Assembly (NCBI GenBank): GCA_964570825.1
Contig: CAZMZJ010000008.1
Location: 24,853 to 88,852 of the forward strand
Direction: 5' to 3'
Length of the DNA stretch: 64,000 nucleotides
Origin: an uncultured Lachnospiraceae bacterium
GTDB lineage: Bacteria; Bacillota; Clostridia; Oscillospirales; CAG-272
Positions within the stretch are counted from its first letter, which is position 1. The number at the start of each line of letters is the position of its first letter. Position numbers and translations under genes: made by a program. A model generated the notes under the pieces. It searched no databases, was not told the DNA's origin, and worked only from the letters and a program-made list of their open reading frames with translations. Positions 1 to 9,960 of this stretch are shown here, in pieces.

Positions 1-150
1 TCGGTTGAAGTATATGTAAGAGGTCCCGGAGCGGGAAGAGAATCGGCTATCCGCGCACTTGAGACAGTCGGCCTCCAGGTCACTATGATCAAGGATGTTA
101 CGCCGATACCTCATAACGGATGCAGACCGCCTAAACGCAGACGCGTTTAA
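1..150 (+). CDS. rpsK: 30S ribosomal protein S11, C-terminal 49 codons (5' end outside window)
   Basis: Frame 1 is open from the window edge and translates ...[38 protein letters not shown], the conserved S11 C-terminus. It is followed by rpsD-rpoA-rplQ as in the alpha operon. Confidence 0.9.
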   Translation, partial: SVEVYVRGPGAGRESAIRALETVGLQVTMIKDVTPIPHNGCRPPKRRRV

Positions 151-176
151 TTATTATTCGGAGGTATTTTAGTAAT

Positions 177-851
177 ATGGCAAGATATACCGGTCCTGCA
201 TGCAAAGTCTGCCGCAGAGAAGGAGTAAAGCTTTTCCTTAAAGGCGACCGTTGCACATCAGGCAAATGCGCGCTTGATTCCAAGCGTGGTTCTACAGCTC
301 CCGGACAGCATGGCGCAGAACAAAAGAAGCAGAGAGAATACGGCATGCACCTTCGCGAGAAGCAGAAGGCAAGAAGATACTACGGTGTGCTTGAAAGACA
401 GTTTGTAACATACTTTGACGAGGCATCGCGTCACAAGGGACAGACAGGTCTTAACCTTCTTATCACACTTGAGCGCCGCCTCGATAATGTAGTATACAGA
501 ATGGGCATGGCATCCTCACGCAAGGAAGCGCGCCAGCTTATTCTTCATGAGCATGTTCTCCTTAACGGCAAGAAGGTTAATATTCCTTCGATACTTGTTA
601 AAGCGGGAGATGTTATTTCAATAAGCGAAAAATTCAAGGAATCCAAAAAGTTCCTCGGCACAAAGAAGGTCGTTGACGAAAAAGAGTATGTAAATGCCGG
701 CCTTGTTGATAATTTCCGCAGTGCTACTGTTCCGAAGTGGCTTGTAGTCGACAAAGAGAAGGTAACTGCAAAGGTTCTGTCGCTTCCGGCAAGAGATGAT
801 ATCGATATGGATATCAACGAACAGCTTATCGTCGAGTTTTATTCCAAGTAA
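177..851 (+). CDS. rpsD: 30S ribosomal protein S4 (224 aa, about 20 aa longer than typical)
   Basis: [27 protein letters not shown]-terminus and a C-terminal S4 RNA-binding domain ending [13 protein letters not shown] lies upstream. Synteny is consistent. Confidence 0.95.
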   Translation: MARYTGPACKVCRREGVKLFLKGDRCTSGKCALDSKRGSTAPGQHGAEQKKQREYGMHLREKQKARRYYGVLERQFVTYFDEASRHKGQTGLNLLITLERRLDNVVYRMGMASSRKEARQLILHEHVLLNGKKVNIPSILVKAGDVISISEKFKESKKFLGTKKVVDEKEYVNAGLVDNFRSATVPKWLVVDKEKVTAKVLSLPARDDIDMDINEQLIVEFYSK

Positions 852-964
852 TATTCCGAAGGATTTGCCGAAACATAGGGCTTCCGCGCGGATATTGTGG
901 AAAGCCCGGCAAAAACAGCAGTTTTTATGCGACCCGAATAATATTATAGGAGGATTTATTTGGA

Positions 965-1939
965 ATGATAGAGATAGAGAAGCCCAATATCACAACCGTC
1001 AACTTAAGTGAAGACGGCAGATGCGGCAAGTTCATCGTGGAGCCGCTGGAGCGGGGGTACGGCATAACTCTGGGTAATTCACTCCGGAGAGTTTTGCTCA
1101 GCTCGCTTCCCGGCGTTGCGGTGACGAGCGTCAAGATCGACGGTGTTCTCCATGAATTTTCAACAATCCCCGGAGTTAAAGAGGATGTTACTGAGATAAT
1201 CCTCAATATCAAAGGAATTACGGCAAAACTGCATACAAACTCGCCGAAGACTGTCATTCTTGACATAACCGGCGAACGCGATATCACAGCAGGCGATATC
1301 AAGCAGGATGCCGATATAGAGATACTCAATCCCGAACATCATATTGCGACTATCGGCGAGAACGAGAGACTTTATATGGAACTTACCTTTGATCACGGTC
1401 GCGGATATGTTTCACAGGAGCGCAACAAGCAGATCCACAGCGCACAGCTCGGACAGAATGTAAGCGCACCTATTGGAACGATTTACACCGATTCGATTTA
1501 CACACCGGTTTATAGTGTTAACTATACGGTTGAAAACACCCGTGTCGGAAACATTACTGACCTTGATAAGCTGACTCTTGAAGTTCTCACGAACGGAACG
1601 ATAACAGCAAAAGAAGCGATTTCACTTGGAGCCAAGATTCTCAACGAGCATCTCAACTTGTTTGTGGATTTGTCTGATGAAGCAAAGAAGGCCGAAATAA
1701 TGGTCGAAAGAGAAGAGACCATCAAGGAAAAAGTCCTTGAGATGACCATTGAGGAGCTTGACATGTCGGTACGCAGTTTCAACTGTCTGAAACGTGCCGG
1801 CATCGATACGGTCGAAGACCTGACGAAGCGTACCGAGGCGGATATGATTAAAGTTCGCAACCTCGGCAAGAAGTCGCTTGAGGAAGTAATACAGAAACTG
1901 CATTCGCTCGGACTCGACCTTAAAAAGGAAGAGGAATAA
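965..1939 (+). CDS. rpoA: DNA-directed RNA polymerase subunit alpha
   Basis: 324 aa. N-terminal domain [20 protein letters not shown]; C-terminal domain with [22 protein letters not shown]...[10 protein letters not shown]. Confidence 0.97.
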   Translation: MIEIEKPNITTVNLSEDGRCGKFIVEPLERGYGITLGNSLRRVLLSSLPGVAVTSVKIDGVLHEFSTIPGVKEDVTEIILNIKGITAKLHTNSPKTVILDITGERDITAGDIKQDADIEILNPEHHIATIGENERLYMELTFDHGRGYVSQERNKQIHSAQLGQNVSAPIGTIYTDSIYTPVYSVNYTVENTRVGNITDLDKLTLEVLTNGTITAKEAISLGAKILNEHLNLFVDLSDEAKKAEIMVEREETIKEKVLEMTIEELDMSVRSFNCLKRAGIDTVEDLTKRTEADMIKVRNLGKKSLEEVIQKLHSLGLDLKKEEE

Positions 1940-2006
1940 TCCGGCGGAATGCTGAACGCAAAACAAAGCCTTAACTCAGAGAATCACCAGAAGGAGGGAA
2001 TTTATA

Positions 2007-2357
2007 ATGCCCGGAACAAGAAAACTCGGCAGAACGACTGCTCATAGACAGTCTATGCTCCGTGGACTCGTAACTTTGCTGTTAGAAAACGGACAGGTCG
2101 AGACCACTCTTGCAAGAGCTAAAGAAGTTCGTTCCGCAGCGGAAAAAATGATCACGCTCGGAAAGATGAATACATTGGCCAGCCGCCGTGCCGCACTCGC
2201 ATATATAACAAAAGAAGATGTTGTTTCCAAACTGTTCAGCGAACTTGCACCTAAGTACGCCGGCAGAAACGGTGGTTACACACAGATTTTCAAGCTTGGT
2301 CCTCGCAAGGGCGACTCGGCAGATATGGCGATTGTGCGCCTTATCGATGAAAAGTAA
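2007..2357 (+). CDS. rplQ: 50S ribosomal protein L17
   Basis: 116 aa, [17 protein letters not shown]...[15 protein letters not shown]. Last gene of the alpha operon. Confidence 0.95.
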   Translation: MPGTRKLGRTTAHRQSMLRGLVTLLLENGQVETTLARAKEVRSAAEKMITLGKMNTLASRRAALAYITKEDVVSKLFSELAPKYAGRNGGYTQIFKLGPRKGDSADMAIVRLIDEK

Positions 2358-2381
2358 ATCAACACAAAGTAATTAAAAAGG

Positions 2382-2416
2382 CCGCCGCAGGTTCTTTGAA
2401 CCTGCGGCGGTTTGTT
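2382..2416 (+). terminator. Rho-independent terminator of the alpha operon
   Basis: 12-bp GC-rich stem ccgccgcaggtt/aacctgcggcgg with a 5-nt loop, followed by tttgtt. Confidence 0.85.
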
Positions 2417-2523
2417 ATATCCTATACTTGAGATGAGCGTTATTAAGATGTATCAACGCTCCAAAAATCAAGTGAGGTTTTGAGCGAGCTTCCGACAGTA
2501 ATTTAATTTATTGTATTTACAAA

Positions 2524-3675
2524 TTACCCCTGTGCGATGTTCTTAACCTCACGCCAAAGGGCTTCAACATCTTTTATCGTGTTATAAATACTAAAGCTTG
2601 CGCGAACGGCTCCGTAAGCCGGAGTATTAAGCGTCTTATGTCCAACGGGGCAGCAATGGAAACCGCAGCGAACGCATATTTCTTTCTTATCAAGCTCGCG
2701 TCCTATTTTATCTGAAGGAATGTCTTTTACGTTGAATAAAAGCACGGTTCCGGAATAATCAGGGGCGTATATAGTCACTCCCTTGACGGAAGAGAGCATA
2801 TCGAAGAGCGAATTCCAGAGAAGGCTGATGTTTGCGCGTATATTAAGAATGCCTGTTTTGTTGACAGTTTTTATTCCTTCGCAAAGACCGGCGATCGCGG
2901 GAACAGCAAGAGTGCCGGTTTCATAACGCTCCGGCGAGAAGTCCGGCATTAAGCCTTCAAGAGAATTTACCCCGTTCCCGCCTTCTGTTAGCGTAAACAG
3001 CTTGACATCTGTGTTAAGGGCGAGGATTCCGCTGCCCTGAGGACCGAGAAGTCCTTTATGTCCGGGAACACAAAGTGCATTGATATTCATTCGTTTCATG
3101 TCAATTGGTATGTGTCCGGCAGACTGTGCAGCGTCGAGCGCAAAAAACAAACCGCGGCGGCGGCATAAAGCTCCTATTTCCTGAATTGGAAGCGTAAAGG
3201 AGCAGATATTTGATGAGTGGCAGCATATAAGCATTCGGGTATTAGGCTTTATCAAGCCGGAAATTGCAGAGCAGACAAGGTTGTGGTTGCGGCTCCGAAT
3301 GGCATCCTGTACGAAAGTCGGGAATATATCGTAAGATATAAAGCCTTCTTCTGCCATTTGAAAGATTGGTCGGAAAACCGAATTATGCTCAAGATCGCTT
3401 ATTAAAACATGGTCTCCGCGTCGGAGAACCCCTTTTATTACTATATTTAGAGCATGAGTTGTGTTAAGAGTAAATACTATATTTTCAGGTTCGCCGCATC
3501 CGAAAAATTCTGAAGCCACCTCGCGGCATTCAAATACTTTTTCGGCAGCAGCCATCGAAAGCGAGTGTGCACCGCGTCCCGGATTGCCGCAGTAATTTTT
3601 AAGGCAATTCATCACCTCATTGCATACGGTTTCGGGCTTTGGAAAACTTGTCGCTGCATTATCAAGATATATCAC
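2524..3675 (-). CDS. Class V aminotransferase, cysteine desulfurase / selenocysteine lyase-like (383 aa from a GTG start)
   Basis: (V)IYLDNAATSFPKP N-terminus, HKGLLGPQGSG PLP-lysine region, C-terminal RCGFHCCP active-site Cys loop. I moved the start from ATG 3759 to GTG 3675. The longer ORF would overlap all of the upstream DUF3343 gene. The GTG overlaps that gene's stop (aTGTGA), indicating coupling. Confidence 0.85.
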   Translation of the reverse strand: MIYLDNAATSFPKPETVCNEVMNCLKNYCGNPGRGAHSLSMAAAEKVFECREVASEFFGCGEPENIVFTLNTTHALNIVIKGVLRRGDHVLISDLEHNSVFRPIFQMAEEGFISYDIFPTFVQDAIRSRNHNLVCSAISGLIKPNTRMLICCHSSNICSFTLPIQEIGALCRRRGLFFALDAAQSAGHIPIDMKRMNINALCVPGHKGLLGPQGSGILALNTDVKLFTLTEGGNGVNSLEGLMPDFSPERYETGTLAVPAIAGLCEGIKTVNKTGILNIRANISLLWNSLFDMLSSVKGVTIYAPDYSGTVLLFNVKDIPSDKIGRELDKKEICVRCGFHCCPVGHKTLNTPAYGAVRASFSIYNTIKDVEALWREVKNIAQG

Positions 3676-3911
3676 ATAAAGCCGCCCCCATTCACATATC
3701 GGGTGACCTTGATGCCGGATGAATTCATGACTGCATGAACATTCGAATCCTGATTGCACGCATATTCAAGACCGTAAGCGCAGCCGCGCTTTGTGACTGA
3801 TGAATCAAGCTTAACAACAGTTGCAGGAATAGCGGATGCAGCAAGAGCTTTCTGCGCTTTTATGGCTATTGTCAGCGAGCCGATAACGGCTGTACAGTTA
3901 TACATTTTCAA
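3672..3911 (-). CDS. DUF3343 (putative S/Se carrier-like) small protein
   Basis: 79 aa. The pattern ...AIKAQKAL...IPATVVKLDSSVTKRGCAYGLEY is typical of DUF3343. It sits directly upstream of, and overlaps, the cysteine desulfurase, a recurrent pairing. Confidence 0.7.
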   Translation of the reverse strand: MKMYNCTAVIGSLTIAIKAQKALAASAIPATVVKLDSSVTKRGCAYGLEYACNQDSNVHAVMNSSGIKVTRYVNGGGFM

Positions 3912-3961
3912 GGCCTCCTTTCAGTTATAACTGATCGGTCCTAATGTCAATATATGACGAT

Positions 3962-5080
3962 TTAATTCCATATGTGTCTGTTTTGTATGGCTTTTATCAC
4001 CGCTCCGGAAAGAGCGGCGACAAATGTTATTAGTACTGCTGTTATGAAATACTTCTGCACGCCTGATATGTATGCAGAACTGACGGCACTTTTAGCGGTT
4101 GATAGGAATTGCGGAAAAGCTATGCAGATAATAAACATGATCAGCGAGTTCAAAAGCCCGTGAATTAGTTTTGCCGCAAAATAACCCCGAAAATTCAGTC
4201 CTTTCCCGGCGCAGACTGATAATATTTGAAGGTGAACCGAGATTCCGGACCATCCGACAATAAACGCCGTCAGGCAGACGCCTGCGGTATTAAGGCCAAG
4301 AGATGATGATGTGCTAACGCCACAAGACAGTTCTACAATTCCATAGATAAAAGCGGTCAGCGGCGGCGGACATTTAAAGGCCGCAAGCAGCTGCGAGAGG
4401 CAGCCTAAAATGGCAGAGAAAAAAACAACATAAGCGCAAATTATCAGCATACTGTTTGCTGCGCGCGTCACAGAATCAGTAAATACATTGATACTACGGG
4501 GATATATTCTGATATTGTGATCATTATCCGTTTGTAATTTTGGGCAGAAAAAACGCTGGGCAGCGCCGATAATGAATGCGTTGATAAGTGTTACAATATA
4601 CAGGGTTATTCCGAGCTTCCGGCAGAAATATAGTGATACTCCCACAGCGTTTATCAGGTAAGCTGAGCTTGGGTTATTGCAGAATGTGAGAAGGCGTGAA
4701 GCCTCTTTTTTATTAATCAGACCCTGATCAAGCAGAGCGACAGCAGTACGGGCGCCAATAGGGAAACCGCAGAATGCTCCGAGCAGCACCGCGCAGGAGG
4801 ATACTCCGGATATGCCGAAAATCCATCCAAGGGGCCTGTCAAGGAATCTTCCCAAAATATCCCCAAGCCCGCTTAAGACAATCAGCTCGGAGATAACCAT
4901 GAAAGGGAAAAGCGCCGGAATGACGGTTCGGACGCACAACTTTAATCCGTTTCCGATATATTCGATCGCGATATCAGAATTTCGGAGAATTAAGATCAGC
5001 GAGAATCCGCACAAAAAAATAAACACAGACTGCCCCGGCGAGGGGAGAGACAGACGTGCACGGCTCCTTTGAACAGTCAT
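3962..5080 (-). CDS. ylbJ: Sporulation integral membrane protein YlbJ-like (nucleoside-recognition/Gate domains)
   Basis: 372 aa polytopic membrane protein. N-terminal motif GLKLCVRTVIPALFPFMVISELIV resembles YlbJ. It is divergent from yqfC-yqfD. Confidence 0.65.
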   Translation of the reverse strand: MTVQRSRARLSLPSPGQSVFIFLCGFSLILILRNSDIAIEYIGNGLKLCVRTVIPALFPFMVISELIVLSGLGDILGRFLDRPLGWIFGISGVSSCAVLLGAFCGFPIGARTAVALLDQGLINKKEASRLLTFCNNPSSAYLINAVGVSLYFCRKLGITLYIVTLINAFIIGAAQRFFCPKLQTDNDHNIRIYPRSINVFTDSVTRAANSMLIICAYVVFFSAILGCLSQLLAAFKCPPPLTAFIYGIVELSCGVSTSSSLGLNTAGVCLTAFIVGWSGISVHLQILSVCAGKGLNFRGYFAAKLIHGLLNSLIMFIICIAFPQFLSTAKSAVSSAYISGVQKYFITAVLITFVAALSGAVIKAIQNRHIWN

Positions 5081-5151
5081 TTTACGTGATCCTCCGGCAT
5101 AGATATTTATAGATAAATGTAATAAATAATATGCTCCGACGGAGGGAATCT

Positions 5152-5475
5152 ATGAGAGACAAAAAAGATGATGAGCATAAAAAAAACCGGATGAATTTAA
5201 TGGAGCGTATTGGCGCAAAGCTCGATATTCCGATGGATGTATTTAATAGTATTCATATTGAGCTCCGAGGAAGAAACAACCTGACAGTGAGAGGCTGCCG
5301 TAAAATTCTGCGATATACAACCGAGGAAGTACGGCTGCTTCTTAACGGAGTCACGCTTATTGTATGCGGGGAGCAATTATATTGCACAGCATATCACAGC
5401 AATACTGTCGAAATTGACGGTATTATCGATTCGATAAGTTTTTGCCCGCCTTCAGGCGCGGATAAACGAAACTGA
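5152..5475 (+). CDS. yqfC: Sporulation protein YqfC (YabP/YqfC family)
   Basis: LDIPMDVF...IELRGRNNLTVRGCRKILRYTTEEVRL... is the YabP-like fold pattern. The start is set at ATG 5152 with GGAGGG 5 nt upstream. yqfD follows. Confidence 0.8.
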   Translation: MRDKKDDEHKKNRMNLMERIGAKLDIPMDVFNSIHIELRGRNNLTVRGCRKILRYTTEEVRLLLNGVTLIVCGEQLYCTAYHSNTVEIDGIIDSISFCPPSGADKRN

Positions 5476-5499
5476 GCATTTTTTGAACCGGGGGTAAAA

Positions 5500-6681
5500 A
5501 TGAAACTAATTTACTTTTTCTGCGGCGGCTGCAGACTCTGCGCCGCACCGTATGAGGCAGAGAAAATTCTTAATATCTGTTTGCATTACAGATTTGTTTA
5601 CCGCAATATGAAGCGCAGCAAGGATTTCTTCACTCTCGAATGTTCTATGTATACCGCCAATATGCTGTGCAGTGTTTGCGAAAAGTACGGTATTGCAATA
5701 AAGGTCATTGAAAAGTACGGATTGCCGGATGTTTTTATTCGTTACCGAAAGCGGATTGGAATACTTGCAGGTTTCATTATTTCCGCAGTTCTTATAATAT
5801 GGTCGGAACAGTTTGTCTGGGATATACGCGTAAAAGGATGCGAGAATATTGATGAAATTATTGTAAAAAAAGAGTTGAGCGACCAGAATTTCAGGCTTGG
5901 AACGTATATTCCCGGAATAGATATTGACATGATAGAGAACCGCGTGTTAATCTATTCGCAGGATATTGCATGGATCTCAATTAACATGAAGGGAAGCGTA
6001 GCTTATGTTGAAATCAGAGAAAAGACCGCTGAACCTGAGAAAAAGAGCGACAGGCCGGCTAATCTGATAGCTTTATGGGATGGCATGATAGAGGCAATCG
6101 AGGCGACTGAAGGAAATATCATGGTGAAAGTTGGACAGCATGTCAGAAAAGGAGAGCTTCTTGTCAGCGGAGTATACGACAGCAATGTGTGGGGCTACCG
6201 TTATACCCGTGCCGCCGGGAACGTTTATGCGCGGACTGTGCGCGAAATACACGTTGAAATACCTCTTTATTATGAGGAAAGACGCTACAGCGGCGAAGAA
6301 TACAGCGAAATCACGCTGTTTTTTTTCTCAAAGCCAATAAAACTTTACAGAAACACTGGATTTTTAGTGGGTACATATGATACAATATGTAAGGAAGAGA
6401 ACATTTGTCTTTTTGACGGAACCAGGATTCCGTTGACTGTTATAACGACAATCAACAGATGGTACACATGCGAAACATTGAAGCGTGATACAAATACCGC
6501 GATGGAACTTGCGTATGATAAGCTTGACGTCGAACTCGCAAAATTTTTGTCGGACGGTGCCGTTCTGCTCGGTAAAAATATTACATGGACGATTACAGAC
6601 GACACATATGTTCTCGACTGCACGGCGACACTGATCGAAAATATTGCCGGAATCGCTGAATTTGATGTTTCGGAAAAATAG
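5500..6681 (+). CDS. yqfD: Sporulation protein YqfD (stage IV)
   Basis: 393 aa with one central TM segment (ILAGFIISAVLIIW). The position between yqfC and phoH matches the B. subtilis order. Confidence 0.8.
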   Translation: MKLIYFFCGGCRLCAAPYEAEKILNICLHYRFVYRNMKRSKDFFTLECSMYTANMLCSVCEKYGIAIKVIEKYGLPDVFIRYRKRIGILAGFIISAVLIIWSEQFVWDIRVKGCENIDEIIVKKELSDQNFRLGTYIPGIDIDMIENRVLIYSQDIAWISINMKGSVAYVEIREKTAEPEKKSDRPANLIALWDGMIEAIEATEGNIMVKVGQHVRKGELLVSGVYDSNVWGYRYTRAAGNVYARTVREIHVEIPLYYEERRYSGEEYSEITLFFFSKPIKLYRNTGFLVGTYDTICKEENICLFDGTRIPLTVITTINRWYTCETLKRDTNTAMELAYDKLDVELAKFLSDGAVLLGKNITWTITDDTYVLDCTATLIENIAGIAEFDVSEK

Positions 6682-6689
6682 AGGTTTTG

Positions 6690-7718
6690 ATGAAACAGAA
6701 AACAGTAATATTTGATACGAGCGAACAGATTTCAAGAGTATTCGGCGCGTTTGACGAGAACACGCGGGCGGTTGAAAAAGAATTTGGGGTAACAATAAAC
6801 AACCGTATATCGGACAACGAGGAAACTGTGACTGTAAGCGGAGGAACAGATGAAGCCGTTGAGATGGCGGCAAAAGTCATATCATTCCTCAAACGTATGG
6901 CGGAGTACGAGGAGACAATTTCCGAGCAGTCGGTGCGTTACCTGATTGATACAGTAAGAAACGGCAGGGAAGACGAACTCTCGGATTTTGGAGATGATTG
7001 CCTTTGCGTAACGACCAAAGGACGACCGATTAAAGCAAAAACAGTCGGACAGAAGCAGTATGTTGAAAAAATTAAAAAAAATACAATTACTCTTGGTGTC
7101 GGACCTGCCGGAACCGGAAAGACTTTTCTCGCGGTCGCGATGGCCGTCAAAGCACTGCGTGACAAGCAGGTAAGCAGGATAATATTGACGCGCCCCGCAA
7201 TTGAAGCAGGAGAAAAACTCGGGTATCTGCCAGGCGATCTTCAGAGCAAGATCGATCCATATCTTCGTCCGCTTTACGATGCGCTTTACGAGATGATAGG
7301 GGTTGAAAATTTTGCGCGGCTTCGCGAAAAACAGACTATTGAAATCGCCCCTCTCGCGTATATGCGCGGACGCACTCTCGACGATTCCTTTATAATTCTT
7401 GATGAAGCTCAGAACTCCACGCCGGAGCAGATGAAAATGTTTCTTACCCGTCTTGGCTTCAATTCAAAAGCGGTCGTAACCGGAGACCTGACACAAACAG
7501 ACCTGCCTCACGGGCAGAGGAGCGGGCTCGCTCAGGCTGTTAAAATTCTGAACGGAATTGACGATATCGCCGTTCATACTTTTACAGAGCGCGATGTGGT
7601 GCGCCATAGGCTTGTTCAAAAAATCATCCTTGCTTATGAGAAGTATGAAAAAGATATAAGCCGCAGCGCTCCGACGGTGGCCAGATATATAAAGCTGAAG
7701 GGAAGCGGAAAACACTGA
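6690..7718 (+). CDS. phoH: PhoH-like ATPase
   Basis: Walker A GPAGTGKTFLAV; ILDEAQN; PhoH signature LTRLGFNSKAVVTGDLTQTDLP. ATG 6690 lies 5 nt after AGAGG. Confidence 0.93.
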   Translation: MKQKTVIFDTSEQISRVFGAFDENTRAVEKEFGVTINNRISDNEETVTVSGGTDEAVEMAAKVISFLKRMAEYEETISEQSVRYLIDTVRNGREDELSDFGDDCLCVTTKGRPIKAKTVGQKQYVEKIKKNTITLGVGPAGTGKTFLAVAMAVKALRDKQVSRIILTRPAIEAGEKLGYLPGDLQSKIDPYLRPLYDALYEMIGVENFARLREKQTIEIAPLAYMRGRTLDDSFIILDEAQNSTPEQMKMFLTRLGFNSKAVVTGDLTQTDLPHGQRSGLAQAVKILNGIDDIAVHTFTERDVVRHRLVQKIILAYEKYEKDISRSAPTVARYIKLKGSGKH

Positions 7719-7719
7719 T

Positions 7720-8193
7720 ATGAAAATCAGAATTTATTTTGAAAACATGCAGAACAAGCTTCCGGCATGCTACTCGCTGAAAATTCTTATGAGACATGCC
7801 GTTGAGGCAACACTAAGGTATGAGAATATCACAAGAGACACCGAAATATCAATCACTTTCGTTGACAACGCTGAGATCAGAAAACTTAATTTGCTTTACC
7901 GGTCGAAAGACAAGGCTACCGATGTACTTTCGTTCCCACTTGAGGAGAACGCGGAATGTTCAGGTGACAGCGGAACGCTGGTGCTCGGGGATATTGTGAT
8001 ATCTCTCGAGCGTGCGAAGGCGCAGGCGGCTGAGTACGGTCATAGTTATGAACGCGAAGCGGCGTTCCTTTGCGTTCATTCCATGCTGCACCTGCTCGGA
8101 TATGACCATGAGAAGAGCGAGGCGGACGACATGGATATGCGAAGAAGACAAAGGGAAATTATGGAGTCGATAGGACTTGGAGTGAAACAGTGA
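7720..8193 (+). CDS. ybeY: rRNA maturation endoribonuclease YbeY
   Basis: 157 aa with the HSMLHLLGYDH zinc motif. Synteny phoH-ybeY-era. Confidence 0.95.
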   Translation: MKIRIYFENMQNKLPACYSLKILMRHAVEATLRYENITRDTEISITFVDNAEIRKLNLLYRSKDKATDVLSFPLEENAECSGDSGTLVLGDIVISLERAKAQAAEYGHSYEREAAFLCVHSMLHLLGYDHEKSEADDMDMRRRQREIMESIGLGVKQ

Positions 8194-8194
8194 T

Positions 8195-9079
8195 ATGAGA
8201 AAGACTGGATTTATCGCGATTGTGGGCAGGCCTAATGTCGGAAAATCGACATTGCTCAATGCAATTCTTGGAGAAAAAGTGGCGATCGTTTCGAATAAGC
8301 CGCAGACGACCCGCAACCGGATTACCGGCATACACACAGAAGGTGACTGTCAGTTTATCTTCATTGATACGCCCGGCATGCACAAGCCGAGAAATCTGCT
8401 CGGCGATTTTATGGTTAAGACTGCAGACGAATCCATGAAGGATGCCGACGCTGTTATACTTGTCGCCGACGCAGGCAAGCCTATAACCGATATTGAGGAA
8501 AATGTAATTGCATATATGAAGGAATCGGGAGCGGGTTCGCTGCTGGCGCTCAACAAGGTCGATCTTTACCGCCGTGAGCAGATAGCCGAGACAATCTCGG
8601 CGTATGCGGCGAAGCATAACTTTGACGCCGTAGTGCCGATATGTGCGAAAAAAGGCGAAAATGTAAAAGTGTTGCTTGACGAATGCAAACAGTTTCTATC
8701 CGAGTCCGACTGGTTTTTCCCGCCGGAAATGGTCACGGATCAGCCGGAGCGGCAGATTGCTGCTGAAATAATCCGTGAAAAACTGCTACGGACACTCGAC
8801 AAGGAAATACCTCACGGAGTCGCCGTGGTTATTGAAGATTTCAAAGATGAAGACTCGCTTATCAGCATCCGCGCCGAAATATACTGTGAAAAAGAATCTC
8901 ACAAAGGTATAATTGTCGGCAAAGGAGGGGCGGCGCTTAAGCTTGCCGGCACATACGCAAGAGAGGATCTTGAAAAGCTTTTCGGCACTAAAGTATATTT
9001 GAATCTTTGGGTCAAGGTCAAAGAGAATTGGCGCGATGATGTCGCGGCGGTAAGCAACTTTGGCTATAAAAAAGAATAA
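8195..9079 (+). CDS. era: GTPase Era
   Basis: GRPNVGKSTL (G1), DTPG (G3), NKVD (G4) and a C-terminal KH domain VGKGGAALK. Confidence 0.96.
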   Translation: MRKTGFIAIVGRPNVGKSTLLNAILGEKVAIVSNKPQTTRNRITGIHTEGDCQFIFIDTPGMHKPRNLLGDFMVKTADESMKDADAVILVADAGKPITDIEENVIAYMKESGAGSLLALNKVDLYRREQIAETISAYAAKHNFDAVVPICAKKGENVKVLLDECKQFLSESDWFFPPEMVTDQPERQIAAEIIREKLLRTLDKEIPHGVAVVIEDFKDEDSLISIRAEIYCEKESHKGIIVGKGGAALKLAGTYAREDLEKLFGTKVYLNLWVKVKENWRDDVAAVSNFGYKKE

Positions 9080-9113
9080 TTTATTTTAAGTATGTCGCAG
9101 GAGGCGGCGCAAT

Positions 9114-9950
9114 ATGGTATTTTCGACTGATGCTCTGGTGCTGCGCAGCCTTGATACAGGCGATTATGACCGTCTTCTGACACTTCTTACGCCTGAGCAT
9201 GGCAGGATTAGCGCGCTGGCAAAAGGAGTCCGTTCGCCGAGGAGCAAGTTTGCGGCTGCCTCGCAGCCATATGTTTATGGAAACTATGAAATATACCGCA
9301 AAAACGACATGAACTGGCTTCGCGCAGGAACGGTGACTGAATATTTCAAAGGATTGCGGGAGGATATTGAAAAACTGTCGCTTGCCGCATACCTTTCAGA
9401 TATAGCGGCCGAGGTGACGGGTGAATATGTCCCGGCTGTCGATATACTGCGTATGACGCTGAACACATTTTATGCTCTTGACAAGAACATAAGACCGGCA
9501 TCCGAAATAAAAGCAGTTTACGAATGGCGGGCCGCAGGGTATGCGGGATATATGCCTGACCTTGAATGCTGCGGAATATGCAGGGTAGAGGCAGGGAACG
9601 AGAACTGCGAAGTTATGTATCTTGACGTGATGAACGGACGGCTTATATGCCCTGCTTGCCTTAAAGTTATGCCGCATAAGGCTATGGACAAGCATTTTGC
9701 GGAGGAGAACGTCGACGGGAAATATATTGACGGTTCAGAATATGAACGAAGCATTCTGATACCGATGGGAGCGGGGGCCGTCGCCGCATCGCGGTACGCG
9801 CTTTCTTCGCTGCCTGAGAGAATGTTTTCATTCAGGATAAAAGATATGTCGGACAGGGATGAGTTTTGCCGCGCGGGCGAGGTATATTTGCTTAATCACC
9901 TCGAGCGTGGGTTCGATTCTCTGAATTTTTATAAAACACTTATTAAATAA
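9114..9950 (+). CDS. recO: DNA repair protein RecO
   Basis: 278 aa with an N-terminal OB-fold pattern (ALVLRSLDTGDYDRLLTLLTPEHGRISALAKGVRSPRSK) and a Cys-rich zinc region CCGIC...CPAC. It follows era. Confidence 0.9.
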   Translation: MVFSTDALVLRSLDTGDYDRLLTLLTPEHGRISALAKGVRSPRSKFAAASQPYVYGNYEIYRKNDMNWLRAGTVTEYFKGLREDIEKLSLAAYLSDIAAEVTGEYVPAVDILRMTLNTFYALDKNIRPASEIKAVYEWRAAGYAGYMPDLECCGICRVEAGNENCEVMYLDVMNGRLICPACLKVMPHKAMDKHFAEENVDGKYIDGSEYERSILIPMGAGAVAASRYALSSLPERMFSFRIKDMSDRDEFCRAGEVYLLNHLERGFDSLNFYKTLIK

Positions 9951-9960
9951 CGGAATATTT

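Noticed and set aside
3676-3759. Upstream ATG giving a 411-aa cysteine desulfurase
   Set aside because: The extension (MQSGFECSCSHEFIRHQG...) overlaps the DUF3343 gene in another frame and is not part of the conserved class V fold. GTG 3675 gives the canonical (M)IYLDNAATSFPKP start.
9908-9918. tRNA T-arm-like GGGTTCGATTC
   Set aside because: It lies inside the recO reading frame, with no acceptor or anticodon stems around it. I found no tRNA genes in the window.
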